Origin: Veleropilina oligotropha
Taxonomy: Eukaryota
Direction: 5' to 3'
Assembly: GCA_048128005.1 (NCBI GenBank)
Contig: JBEUKZ010000060.1
Location: 248,001-312,000 of the forward strand
Length of the DNA stretch: 64,000 bases
Below the pieces are notes generated by a model. That model searched no databases and had not been told where the DNA came from. It saw nothing but the letters and a program-made list of their open reading frames with translations. Below are positions 1-9,356 of the stretch, in pieces. How positions within the stretch are numbered: the first letter of the stretch is position 1; each line of letters begins with the position of its first letter. The position numbers and the translations under genes were made by a program.

Positions 1-741
1 CCAGAAAAACACCTGAAAACCTCGTGGATGTTTTAAGTTAGTACAATGGCGTATTATCCCAGCAACGGCAGGATATCAGAAAATTAACGCAAGCTTAATA
101 TCAAAAGATCCTGCCTTTTAACAACGCTAGAAAATTTTATATATAATAAATAACCAGCAAATAGCGTTGTTAAGGAATTATCCAATATAATGAGTTACCT
201 GTTTTGCAGTCTCAAACAATATCAGATAATTATACAGACCAGAAATTTCAGCTACCACTCGAAACTTTCCCTCTAAGCGGCCATCTTTAATGGCCACTGG
301 CGTCCTTGACGACGATGTCTGTTTCCTTTGATGTCCAGAACTTTCCTCGAAGTTTTGAGAATCACTCTTCTTATATTCACATGTGTTTTATATCCACAAC
401 ACTGTTATATTCCACTACTTATATACTATATAAGTAGAAACTGCGCCCTGATTTAACGTGAAATCGGGTGCCTATATCGAAATATTTGCGGAGCAAAAAC
501 AACGTCTTTCCGCGGCAGCGGAAAACTTTGAATTGATGTCATGTGACTTCTATTGTTCAGAAGTCTCACGAGACTTGGCGAAGTCTCGCTAGGGAACGTG
601 GGGGGTAGGAGCAGGGGAGGTAACCGTGTGCTTTTTTGGCTTATTAACGGTGCATTATGGGACATATTCACCATTTCCGGTTTGGGCGATAATATACTAT
701 TATGGCAAGAGTAAGGACGTAAGTATGTTTGTAACTATATA
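1..741 (-). mobile_element. 5' end (left ITR + leader) of a second DIRS retrotransposon copy, running off the left edge of the window
   Basis: 1-741 is the reverse complement of 29132-29872 (same length, only a couple of substitutions visible). Confidence 0.92.
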
Positions 742-745
742 CAGG

Positions 746-1089
746 GTTATATTCCACTACTTATATCATATAAGTATATATTGCGTCCTGATTTAACGTG
801 AAATCGGGCGCCTATTTCGAAATATTTGCGGAGCAAAACAACGTCTTTCCGCGGCAGCGGAAAACTTTGAATTGATGTCATGTGACTTCTATGGTTCAGA
901 AGTCTCGCGAGACTTGGCGAGATCTCGCGGGGGAACGTGGGGGAGGGGGAGCAGGGGAGGTAACCGTGGTACGTTTTTGCGTCTTTGACTTATTAATAGT
1001 GCATAATGTGACTTATTCACTGTTTCCGGTTAGCAATAATATTACTATTGTGGCAAGAGTAAGGACGTAAGTATGTTTGTAACTACATA
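746..1089 (-). repeat. Older, diverged DIRS terminal fragment in tandem with the young copy
   Basis: Diverged direct repeat of 404-741, ending in the same terminal motif ggcaagagtaaggacgtaagtatgtttgtaacta. Confidence 0.85.
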
Positions 1090-1264
1090 GTCACTGTGTG
1101 TACACAGCGCTGTCCTGAACTAGGGTAGCTTAGAATAGTGGAGAACTCCTTCCGATATAGTAGTATGTAGTAAGAGCCCGTAGGGACGGCCCGTTACCCT
1201 CGCCGGCCCGGGCTCGCTTTTAGACATACCCATATCACAGGATATACCCACTGCAAAGGATACG

Positions 1265-1549
1265 ATGTGGGGAACGGACACCTGGCAATGGCTCACCATC
1301 AGCTCCACGGAGCTATGCGGTAAGAGCTGTCTGAGCAAGTATTGCAAAGTCCATCTGGCTTGGCTCCGAAAGGGCCCTGGTACCAAGCCCTGCAGCAAAT
1401 GCGGACAAGGCGTCAGAAACTGGCTTACGCTGTGCCAGGACTGTGGGTATAAGCTTGAGAACGATAGGGACTGGGGACGAAAGAAAAGGGCCTTCCGGAG
1501 AGAGTTTCGCCGCATGGCTGCAATCTACCACACGGAAAGTTCCTATTAG
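1265..1549 (+). CDS. Small Cys/His-rich (zinc-finger-like) viral protein
   Basis: 94 aa with CGKSC..YCKVH followed by CSKC and CQDC pairs; sits directly upstream of the replicase. Confidence 0.55.
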   Translation: MWGTDTWQWLTISSTELCGKSCLSKYCKVHLAWLRKGPGTKPCSKCGQGVRNWLTLCQDCGYKLENDRDWGRKKRAFRREFRRMAAIYHTESSY

Positions 1550-1573
1550 AGAAGTGACCGGCATGACGTATAC

Positions 1574-4500
1574 ATGGATGAACTGCGCAATTTAGCGAAA
1601 GCTTACGCAGTTCCCGCTCGGTCGAAGCTCAAGAAGCACGACCTCATCTGGGCAATCGCCAGGGTCCGTGCTGCGGAGTTTCGGAGGAGACTCGAGCGGG
1701 CGATGAAAACGGGAAGATTCCCCTCCATCCGTGGAGATGTGGAGAACCCCCACAAACGAGGCCGTCGTGCCCGCGAATTGCGACAGCTTAAGGACGAGGT
1801 CGAGGTGGCCCTCAAGGTCCGTAAATACGAAACCCAGGCCGAGAAAAAGCCCGGGATACGACAGAAGCCACTTCGTGCCATCACGGATCGAATCGTCAAG
1901 CCACACCTGCACGGTCTGACTAGGTCTCGGAAAGAGACCCTTGCGGGGGCTATTGCTCAGAAGGGGCCCGATATTCTGAGAGATCACTTAGCCTCGGATG
2001 AATATTATTCCCTCTCCAAAACGCCCCGGACAGCCCAGGACTACCAGAAGGATCTTCTAGGGACGTTTACCACAACAGAGGGGCAACAGTTCATCGACCT
2101 GGATAACCAGGCCCCTCCCCCAGTAAGGCTCCCAGCAAAAGAGCCATGGGTGGAACTCTTGAACAACGCCAAAGACGAGTTTGAGGTCGATGGCGCCGCG
2201 GCGGCCTTCTCCACATGGAGGGTAGAAGTGGACATTAAGATCGAACATGGCATCGAAGCGAGGCTGGCCCTGGATGCCCGTATGACAGACGCGAGGGCGG
2301 CACAGCTCCTCACAGCCCTTCCAAAAGGCGAGTATGTCCTTAGAATAAAATTCTTGCGTGAATGGCATGAAGGTGACTGGATGATCGAAGACAAGTTTGA
2401 CCCGGTGAAAGCTGCGAGGAAGAAGGGCCAGGGTGTCTTTGAGATATCCCATGACACTAAGCCGGGTGCTATCACTGGGGTCGACAAAGTCTACTACGAG
2501 AACGCCTACCCGGTCACTGCAGTCGTCTACGGCCTCTACCCTCTCAGAGAACCAAACCCCGCCAACCTGGTCCCAATGAAGAACGGCGATCTCAACTGCG
2601 TTGCCCAAAGAGTGATTGAGCACTTCGAAGGTGCCCTGAGAGGAAACGGACTCACCCCGACAAGGCGGCAGAAAATACAGGAGTGGGAAGAGCGAGTCCA
2701 TGTAACACGAGCTTCCGTCGACGATGTGGCCCAACTGGAGAGGATCCTCAAACGGGCGATCATCTTGAGAGACATTGCCGGCGAGGAAATCTACAACAGT
2801 GGGAAGTACCAGTTTGGTGGCAACGGGGTGAGAGGTAAAGTCGAACTCATCTGTCACAACGGCCACGCCTGGTCCAAGGACCTTCATTTCCCGCAGTCTC
2901 GCGAGGTCCACCTGTATGAGGGCGATGTCTGGGAAGCTATCCGACAAGCCACACATAATGAGCCATTGGCTGTCTGGCTCCTTGGCGGTACAGACCGACA
3001 GCTCAGCGTGAACCAGTTTGTGCTTCAGGACGGCCGCACGTACAGGACAAAAGATGATCACGAGAGACTCCAAGAAGCCTGTAAGGCTCTGGGGAATGAG
3101 TCTCTTGCCGATCGGGCCTTTGGCGTGAACCATGCAGCTAGCATTATGGCCAAGGAGCACAACGGCTGGAAACCGACCCCAGCGAGCCTGCTCGATGATA
3201 TCCAGAAGGCCTGCGTAGAGCATGGTCACGGCGGCCTTTGGAATTCCATGAATTACGACACGAGAGATGTCTGCTGCATCGACATGAAAGCCTGCTACCC
3301 TGCCAGCTTTCAGGGGAAGGGCGAGGCTAAGCCGTATTTCGAAAGATTCGGACACCCAACCCACAGCATGACTCGAGTCGCAATTAACGGTCCTCTTCCC
3401 CAAAAAATCGGTACCGGGTTTGCTGAGGTCGTGGAATGGGAGTTCGCACAAGACATCCACCCCGTCATTCCCGCCTGGTTCGGAAAGCACTTTGCAGAGA
3501 ATGGATGGGCCCCGACGCCTCTGCTCACCTACCTCCTAGAATCTGGACTGCTAAAAAGCCTCAAGGTCCGAGAGGCCATCATCGCATTCAAAAAGCAGAC
3601 CGATGTCTGGCTTCCGGAGAATCGTGACCAGGGCTGCAGCATTATCGGCAAATTCACCCAAGGCGCCAAAGCTGACGGAAAGCGATTGACTCGTAGACTG
3701 GTGACCGACCAGGGGGAGCTCGACTTCCTCGTAAGAGACACCCGCCAAAGCGGCACCCTGGTTGGCGCTCCTCAGAGATGCCCCCTCGGTCACATCCTCA
3801 CGTACTATGATGGCTCCCAGCCTCAGTACGCCCACCTGAGGGCCAGCATGTTGGCCTATGCCCACATAAACCTCTTGAGCATGCTCCAGCGTTTCAGTGC
3901 AGCAGAAGCCGTCCGAGTAGCCACTGACAGCATCTACCTCAAGAAGGCCTCGTTGGAGAAGCTCGACGATGTCACGGTGTACGTTGCCCCCCAACTCTGC
4001 GACTGTGGTGAGAAATCTTGCATCTCCTGTCTGATCGGGGAGACGTACCTTCCGCCAGTAGCACCAGCCCAGTGGCGTGACAAGGGCGAACAGCTGTACC
4101 TGCCACAGGAACATGCCGCATACCTGCCCAAGCCAGAGTATTGTTGTGCCGCCAATTCCAGCCAGCCAAGCACCGCGCCATGCTACAGTGACACGCTGAC
4201 CCACCATCGCCTGAGTTACCTCAACGGTGGAGGGGGCTGTGGCAAGACTACGAGAGCGATCGAGCTCTTCCGGGCGAGAAACCCCATTGTGTTCACGCCT
4301 ACCCACCGCCTCGCCAAGGAAATGCGGACCAGGAATGTCAAAGCCCAGACCTACCACAGTTTCTTCCGATGGAGCAGCCAGAACGACTGGACACCCGACC
4401 GCATGGGTCAGAAGTTCATCCCGCGCGTCATTATCTGGGACGAGGTCTGTACTGTTCCCCGGCACATCCTCGAGATGTTCTTGGACTGGCTGGGCCACCA

Positions 4501-5494
4501 CGAAGTTCAGGTTATCTGCTGTGGCGATCAAGGCCAGCCACCACCGATTACGGGCGAGATGCCGCACGATTGGCTGCGAAAGACCGCGGACTACTATGAA
4601 GAGATCGAAGTAGACTACAGGGCGAAAGACGACCCTGCCCTCCAAGCCCTGAAAAGACGGATACGTCTCCAGCCCGACAAAGTCCAGTGCGACGAGATGC
4701 GTAGGATGCTCCCCAGCTGCCTTGGATGGGATCGGTTCGTCAACACCTGGAGGCCAGGCGACCTAATCCTCACCAGCCGTCAGAAGGTCCGCGAACGGGC
4801 TCAACAGCTGTTGCTCCAGAGGCACAAGGAGCACTTCCCAGACTCCCTGGTACCTATCCTGTACCACCCCAGGGACACCCGTAAGCAGAACATCATGGTA
4901 ACGATTCCGGGCACCGACGAAAGAGAGGAGCTAGTTCTCAACGACGTCGTAGAGGTCACCATTGACGCCGCTGAGAGGGCTATCCTGACCCCGGATTGGC
5001 GCCTGGGATATGCTCTCACCATCAATTCGAGCCAGGGTCTTACGATTCACGACCCACAGAGAGTCTGGATCATCGATGACTACCTTTAGTGGAGTAATCT
5101 CGCCTTCCTAGCCGTGTCCCGGGTGGAGCATCTGCATCAGCTCGAACGGGTAACCTGTCCTCCGGATGAGGGTGCTGAGGACAGGCCGCCCCAAACCGAG
5201 CAGCAGCTCCGAAAGACTATCCAGAGAAAGCTCGTGGCATACAAGCGCCAGGACCAGGCCAAGGATCTCCAGGGATTTAACCTGAAGGTCGATAACATCC
5301 TGCAGCTCAAAGACGCCCAAAACAACCGCTGCACGGCATGCAACATAGAGCTGCTCTGGGCCTACCAGCCCAAAGACACACAGCAGTTCAGTGTCGACCG
5401 TGTGGACAACAGCAGGGGCCACACCCGCGACAACGTGCGCTTAACGTGTCTGGAATGCAACCAAAAACGAGGATTTGCGGTTGTTAACGCCTGA
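1574..5494 (+). pseudogene. Multidomain replicase: Rho-N-like, OTU-like, derived family-B DNA polymerase, SF1B (Pif1/RecD-like) helicase, HNH endonuclease; one in-frame TAG at 5087-5089
   Basis: PolB motif A IDMKACYPAS (3281-3300) and motif C VATDSIY (~3917-3937). Walker A GGGGCGKT, Walker B IIWDE, GDQGQPPP, motif V TINSSQGLT. After the TAG the same frame continues WSNLAFLAVSR (motif VI), then CxxC...SVDRVDNSRGHTRDNVRLTCLECN (HNH). Confidence 0.85.
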
Positions 5495-6482
5495 GAACCG
5501 GCGGCAGCTGGGTATCACGAGGCACCACGAGAAGTTCCTCACGAACGAAGCCACACGGTGGTCCATCAAGCAAGTAGTAGAGCACAGGCTCGTCAGGCTT
5601 AGTGACGGAGCGTCCAAGCCTGTAAACTTTTAGAGACCACACCGGGTCAGTGGCACGGCGACGACCCCCCTCCAGCTCACCATCGTAGTAAAGGTAACGA
5701 ACATATACATCAGAGGGGAGTTCCAGTTCCTTCCCCTGTCGGTCTGGAACAGTGGCGCCTGGCTTTTGGGGAACGCGAGGTGCCTTAATGGCATCCTTTG
5801 GCTTTTTACCGGTGAGGCGGGTCACTTCCCCATTCAAGGCCGCAACAACGGCAGGCAGCCTGGCGACCCACTCCGTTGACCTTTGACCCTCTTTCGCAGA
5901 CTCTGCAAACCGCATCTCTGTTGCGTACTGGTGCCCAAAGAGCCGCTCAGCGAGCGTCCGGTTGAAGCGCTCCACAATGCCCTGATCGCGATGGATATCC
6001 ACACGGCCACGCCTAACCTCGACGTTATTCTTTGCCAGCAGCTGGGAAACCGCGCCCATAAACTCCCACCCTGGGTCGACTTGAAGCAGTTTCGGCCAGC
6101 CAAGAGGACTCCGCCTGTAGATTCGAGACAGGGCTTCAGCAACCCCTTTGGCCTCTTTTGTGACCAGAGGCTCAGCCTCTTTGTAGCGACTGGCAACATC
6201 AACCACAGTCAGAGCATACTTGTACGTTTTACGGCCGACCTTGTCATGGGGCAGAAACAGGAGGTCGGCTTGGTGGACCTCGTTCGGCGTTACGACGTCG
6301 AATTTTGGTCTTGGAATCCGCCGTGGCGCGGGTAAATAGATCTGCCAGATGGTCTGCATCTTCAGCCAATCCCGGGCCACGTCTTCAGAGACATCTACTG
6401 CGGCTGAGAGATGTTTTATCGCGGCGATCCCTTTCCAGTAGCCTCGGGCGCTATAGTAGATAGTCGCAAGCTTCCGGTCCAT
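5484..6482 (-). CDS. Retroviral-like (rve) DDE integrase of Polinton type
   Basis: HQADLLF (D), LQVDPGWEF (D), IVERFNRTL (E), and YALTVVDVASRY. Likely start MDRKLATIYY at 6482; the ORF track extends it to 6533. Confidence 0.92.
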   Translation of the reverse strand: MDRKLATIYYSARGYWKGIAAIKHLSAAVDVSEDVARDWLKMQTIWQIYLPAPRRIPRPKFDVVTPNEVHQADLLFLPHDKVGRKTYKYALTVVDVASRYKEAEPLVTKEAKGVAEALSRIYRRSPLGWPKLLQVDPGWEFMGAVSQLLAKNNVEVRRGRVDIHRDQGIVERFNRTLAERLFGHQYATEMRFAESAKEGQRSTEWVARLPAVVAALNGEVTRLTGKKPKDAIKAPRVPQKPGATVPDRQGKELELPSDVYVRYLYYDGELEGGRRRATDPVWSLKVYRLGRSVTKPDEPVLYYLLDGPPCGFVREELLVVPRDTQLPPVLRR

Positions 6483-6792
6483 TACGCGCCCTCGAGTTCT
6501 TTTGCCGGTATTCGCTGCCATCGAGACTGGCAATGTATTCCAGTAAACTGATCAGTCTCCAACAGGCTTCAGCTTCCGGAGCCGGTCGCTGCGCAGTAGT
6601 CGCCCGTAGGTTGGTCGGGCCCGAGAGCACCAGGACTGCGAACCGCACCATAGTCTTTTCGTTGCGCCGCCAGCAGTCGAGTGACGTAGTACCAAGGCCC
6701 ACCCCGCTGACCGCAAGCATGGCGCAGTACAGCTCTTCTGGGAGCCCCATTATTATACATGCCAACGAAAAAAATGTTCACTATAGAAATAA

Positions 6793-7221
6793 TTAGGCGA
6801 GCTTGTAGGCTACCAACCCGGTCGCCGCCATCCCGAGGATGATGAAGGTGATCTCACGTCCCTTTTGGTCATCGCTCGGCGTGTAGTAGTCGGACAGGGC
6901 GGGCTCAGGGCCACCTCCCAGGCCGGGGTCAAGGTTCTTGCCGGTGATCAATGCATACTCACGGATAGCGGCGTCAACATCCCGGAATGTGCCAACGGCG
7001 TGACCCTGGCGGCGAAGTTCAACGTTCAGCCAGTCGAGACGCTCTGCCCTCTTTTGGGACCATTTAGTCTGAGCGGCGTTGAGCTGCTCTACGGCTTTGT
7101 CGTGGCGTTTACGCTCCTCATCAACACCGGAGCTGCATAGCTTCGAGAAGAGGAAGTTGGACCCGCTGAAGGCGAGGGCGTTGACGAGAGCGCCCCCAAC
7201 CAGCATCGCAATGGAAGCCAT
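6793..7221 (-). CDS. Viral membrane protein (N-terminal hydrophobic helix, coiled coil, C-terminal TM)
   Basis: MASIAMLVGGALVNALAFSGSNFLF...charged helix...ITFIILGMAATGLVAYKLA; co-oriented in the minus-strand gene run. Confidence 0.75.
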   Translation of the reverse strand: MASIAMLVGGALVNALAFSGSNFLFSKLCSSGVDEERKRHDKAVEQLNAAQTKWSQKRAERLDWLNVELRRQGHAVGTFRDVDAAIREYALITGKNLDPGLGGGPEPALSDYYTPSDDQKGREITFIILGMAATGLVAYKLA

Positions 7222-7252
7222 TGAAATGCTGCGATTATCTAGCAAGGTCCCA

Positions 7253-7492
7253 CTACTTCAAAATGTCGGCCGGAATGATGCCTTGCTTGATCAGCATGTC
7301 CTTCGTCGCCATGGCGAGCGCTACGTCGAGGACGACCATCCCGACGTCGTAACCCGTGAAGTCAAGTTTGGGGCTCGCTCCCTTGAAGGCCATTTTTCCC
7401 AGGCATGCGTAGCCTATGGCAAGGCCTGACACTATAGCTGCGTGATATACAGCATTGCCGAGCATCTTTCCATCGGTGATTGGGGTAGTCAT
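7253..7492 (-). CDS. Small hydrophobic viral protein (79 aa)
   Basis: Two hydrophobic helices; fits neatly between its neighbours. Confidence 0.7.
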   Translation of the reverse strand: MTTPITDGKMLGNAVYHAAIVSGLAIGYACLGKMAFKGASPKLDFTGYDVGMVVLDVALAMATKDMLIKQGIIPADILK

Positions 7493-7506
7493 GTCTCGTA
7501 CTGAGA

Positions 7507-8001
7507 CTATCGCATATGGAACGGGTTGTGCTCATTCTTCAATTCGGTGGTGGTTGGGGTGGGGGGAGGCCTCGCCTGTGCTGGTGGCTGTTGATGTGGT
7601 GTGGAGGAACCACTGCTGCTGCGTTGTTTCCAGACAACAAATAGCAACGCACCCGTACCGGCAGCAACGGCTACCTGGGTCCAATTAAATGGGTCAGATT
7701 TCCGTGTAGCTGACTTTTCGACCGCGGTCACCTCGGCCGGGGCACCACTGTGTTTTTGTTGGGGCTGTGCCTCCGGTAGGTCTGAAGGAACTTCGCTGAC
7801 AGATACTTGTCGAGCTTCTTCTTTGAGTCTTCTAACGTCAGCAAGGAGCCTCTCCTGCTTGACTTTCCGAGCAGCAGCACCGGCCCGACCCGCTGCGACC
7901 TTCTTAGGGTCCTTTTTACTCACTGATGAGTCCGTCGAAGAAGTCACCCTCTCTATCGGCGGGCTCGGTGCCGAAATTTGGTCCACTTCCAGCGTTGTCA
8001 T
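7507..8001 (-). CDS. Viral protein with basic motif KKDPKKVAAGRAGA and a C-terminal TM segment
   Basis: ORF 7507-8049, ATG at 8001 (MTTLEV); TM-like VAVAAGTGALLFVVW. Confidence 0.65.
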   Translation of the reverse strand: MTTLEVDQISAPSPPIERVTSSTDSSVSKKDPKKVAAGRAGAAARKVKQERLLADVRRLKEEARQVSVSEVPSDLPEAQPQQKHSGAPAEVTAVEKSATRKSDPFNWTQVAVAAGTGALLFVVWKQRSSSGSSTPHQQPPAQARPPPTPTTTELKNEHNPFHMR

Positions 8002-8671
8002 CTTGATCTCGCTCTCGCTCTGATATTTTAGGCGGGCAAACATGTCCAAATTGGCAGTGCTTCGCAGTGGTCAACACGGCGGTCAGCGGCGCTAGCCACA
8101 TGCCATACTTATAATACAGCTCACAGGTTGCACCGCGGAGAGCATGGGCGATGAAAGGATCGGCCTCGAGGTCAGCGACCAGACGTGGTTGGTTCTCCGG
8201 CGGAATGGGCAAGAACATCCCAGCTGCACCCGCATACAGCTGTATAGCGGCAGTCCCCAGGGTCTTCGTCATGTCAGCACCTAGCTTCGCTTCATACCGT
8301 CCATGGTGTTTCTCAACCTCGTCGTCAGTCATATCGTCGATTCGGTCAACCGTGAGGTTTCTCCCCAAGTATTTGCTGGCATCCCCTCCAATGGCTAACG
8401 CGGCAAGCCTCTCCCGTTTCTTTGCCATCCCTATGGAGCCACTGACAGGTTCCTCGTGCTGCGAGCAGCGTTTGGTCATCGAGCCATGGCCGCCCACGGT
8501 CGTTTCTTCCTCGTCGTCCATGAGTTGATCGATAAGGCTGTCCATCCTTAAGCGTTTCCAACATCTCCTCGCCAGTCTAATATAGCGATAATGCCAATAC
8601 CACAACGTTACGAGTAGCAACAATACCAGGCTCTGGCTGCAAGCAAAAGCTAGATATACAGCGTCCGACAT
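7916..8671 (-). CDS. Hypothetical viral protein (alpha-helical); N-terminal TM segment if started at 8671
   Basis: Within ORF 7916-8827; plausible ATGs at 8671 (MSDAVYLAF...) and 8545 (MDSLIDQL). Confidence 0.6.
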   Translation of the reverse strand: MSDAVYLAFACSQSLVLLLLVTLWYWHYRYIRLARRCWKRLRMDSLIDQLMDDEEETTVGGHGSMTKRCSQHEEPVSGSIGMAKKRERLAALAIGGDASKYLGRNLTVDRIDDMTDDEVEKHHGRYEAKLGADMTKTLGTAAIQLYAGAAGMFLPIPPENQPRLVADLEADPFIAHALRGATCELYYKYGMWLAPLTAVLTTAKHCQFGHVCPPKISERERDQDDNAGSGPNFGTEPADREGDFFDGLISE

Positions 8672-8747
8672 GCGAGAGCTTGCTGGGCAGATGCTAAGTA
8701 GCTGCTGGTAGATGCTACAGCACACTATAGGCAACGGGCTGATCGGT

Positions 8748-9356
8748 CTATAACAGCAGCTTTGTGTGTCGGGTCTCGGCCAAAAGCCGGCGCACTGCGG
8801 TTCTCTCGTCGCAGGATGAGATAACATCGTTCTCGCGCAGACAGTCCTCGAAACTGTCGCGGTCCTTGCAATGGAACAGCGCGACCCAGCGGGTCTGCTC
8901 TCTGAGTTCCTTCAAGACCGAGTTGTATTTTTGCGTCACTACCCATACGCTCTGTTCGGCGTGCCTTCCGCTGAAGGCCAACAAAGTCAACATATCCCTC
9001 CTCTTGGCTAGGGCTTTGCTGGCGGCGCAGTCGTCGATGATGTACAGAGTCGGCTCCCCCTGGAACAGCCGGTAGAACCCCCGCAACCAGTCATGGAGTC
9101 GCTCACCGGGGGGGATCAAGTACACCTCAGGGTCGGTCCAGATCCACGGACAAGACTGGTATGCCTGATTGAACTTGATCGTTGGGCATAGAATGACGAT
9201 GTGTCGGAACACTCCTAGGTACTCCCCCTCCAGAAGTTCAAGCATGAAAACCGTTTTCCCACAGCCGGTCTGGCCGCAGATGATCGCGGAGTGGGGGTCC
9301 TTGGGGTGGGGGATCCGTCTACTAGTACAGCGCGGTGACAAATCGGCCATTTTCAA
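8748..9356 (-). CDS. A32/FtsK-HerA-like genome-packaging ATPase
   Basis: Walker A ICGQTGCGKT, Walker B LYIIDD, arginine-finger/sensor GRH...VVTQ; adjacent to the capsid gene. Confidence 0.9.
   Translation of the reverse strand: MKMADLSPRCTSRRIPHPKDPHSAIICGQTGCGKTVFMLELLEGEYLGVFRHIVILCPTIKFNQAYQSCPWIWTDPEVYLIPPGERLHDWLRGFYRLFQGEPTLYIIDDCAASKALAKRRDMLTLLAFSGRHAEQSVWVVTQKYNSVLKELREQTRWVALFHCKDRDSFEDCLRENDVISSCDERTAVRRLLAETRHTKLLL

Noticed and set aside
453..674. 73-aa ORF repeated at 29199-29420 and 36278-36484
   Set aside because: Recurs only because it lies in the DIRS ITR; no coding evidence.
2057..4645. Minus-strand ORFs of 477 and 364 aa
   Set aside because: Antisense to the replicase, no motifs; expected in GC-rich coding DNA.
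6451..6796. Short overlapping ORFs between the integrase and the membrane gene
   Set aside because: A gene is likely here, but I cannot tell which frame is real.
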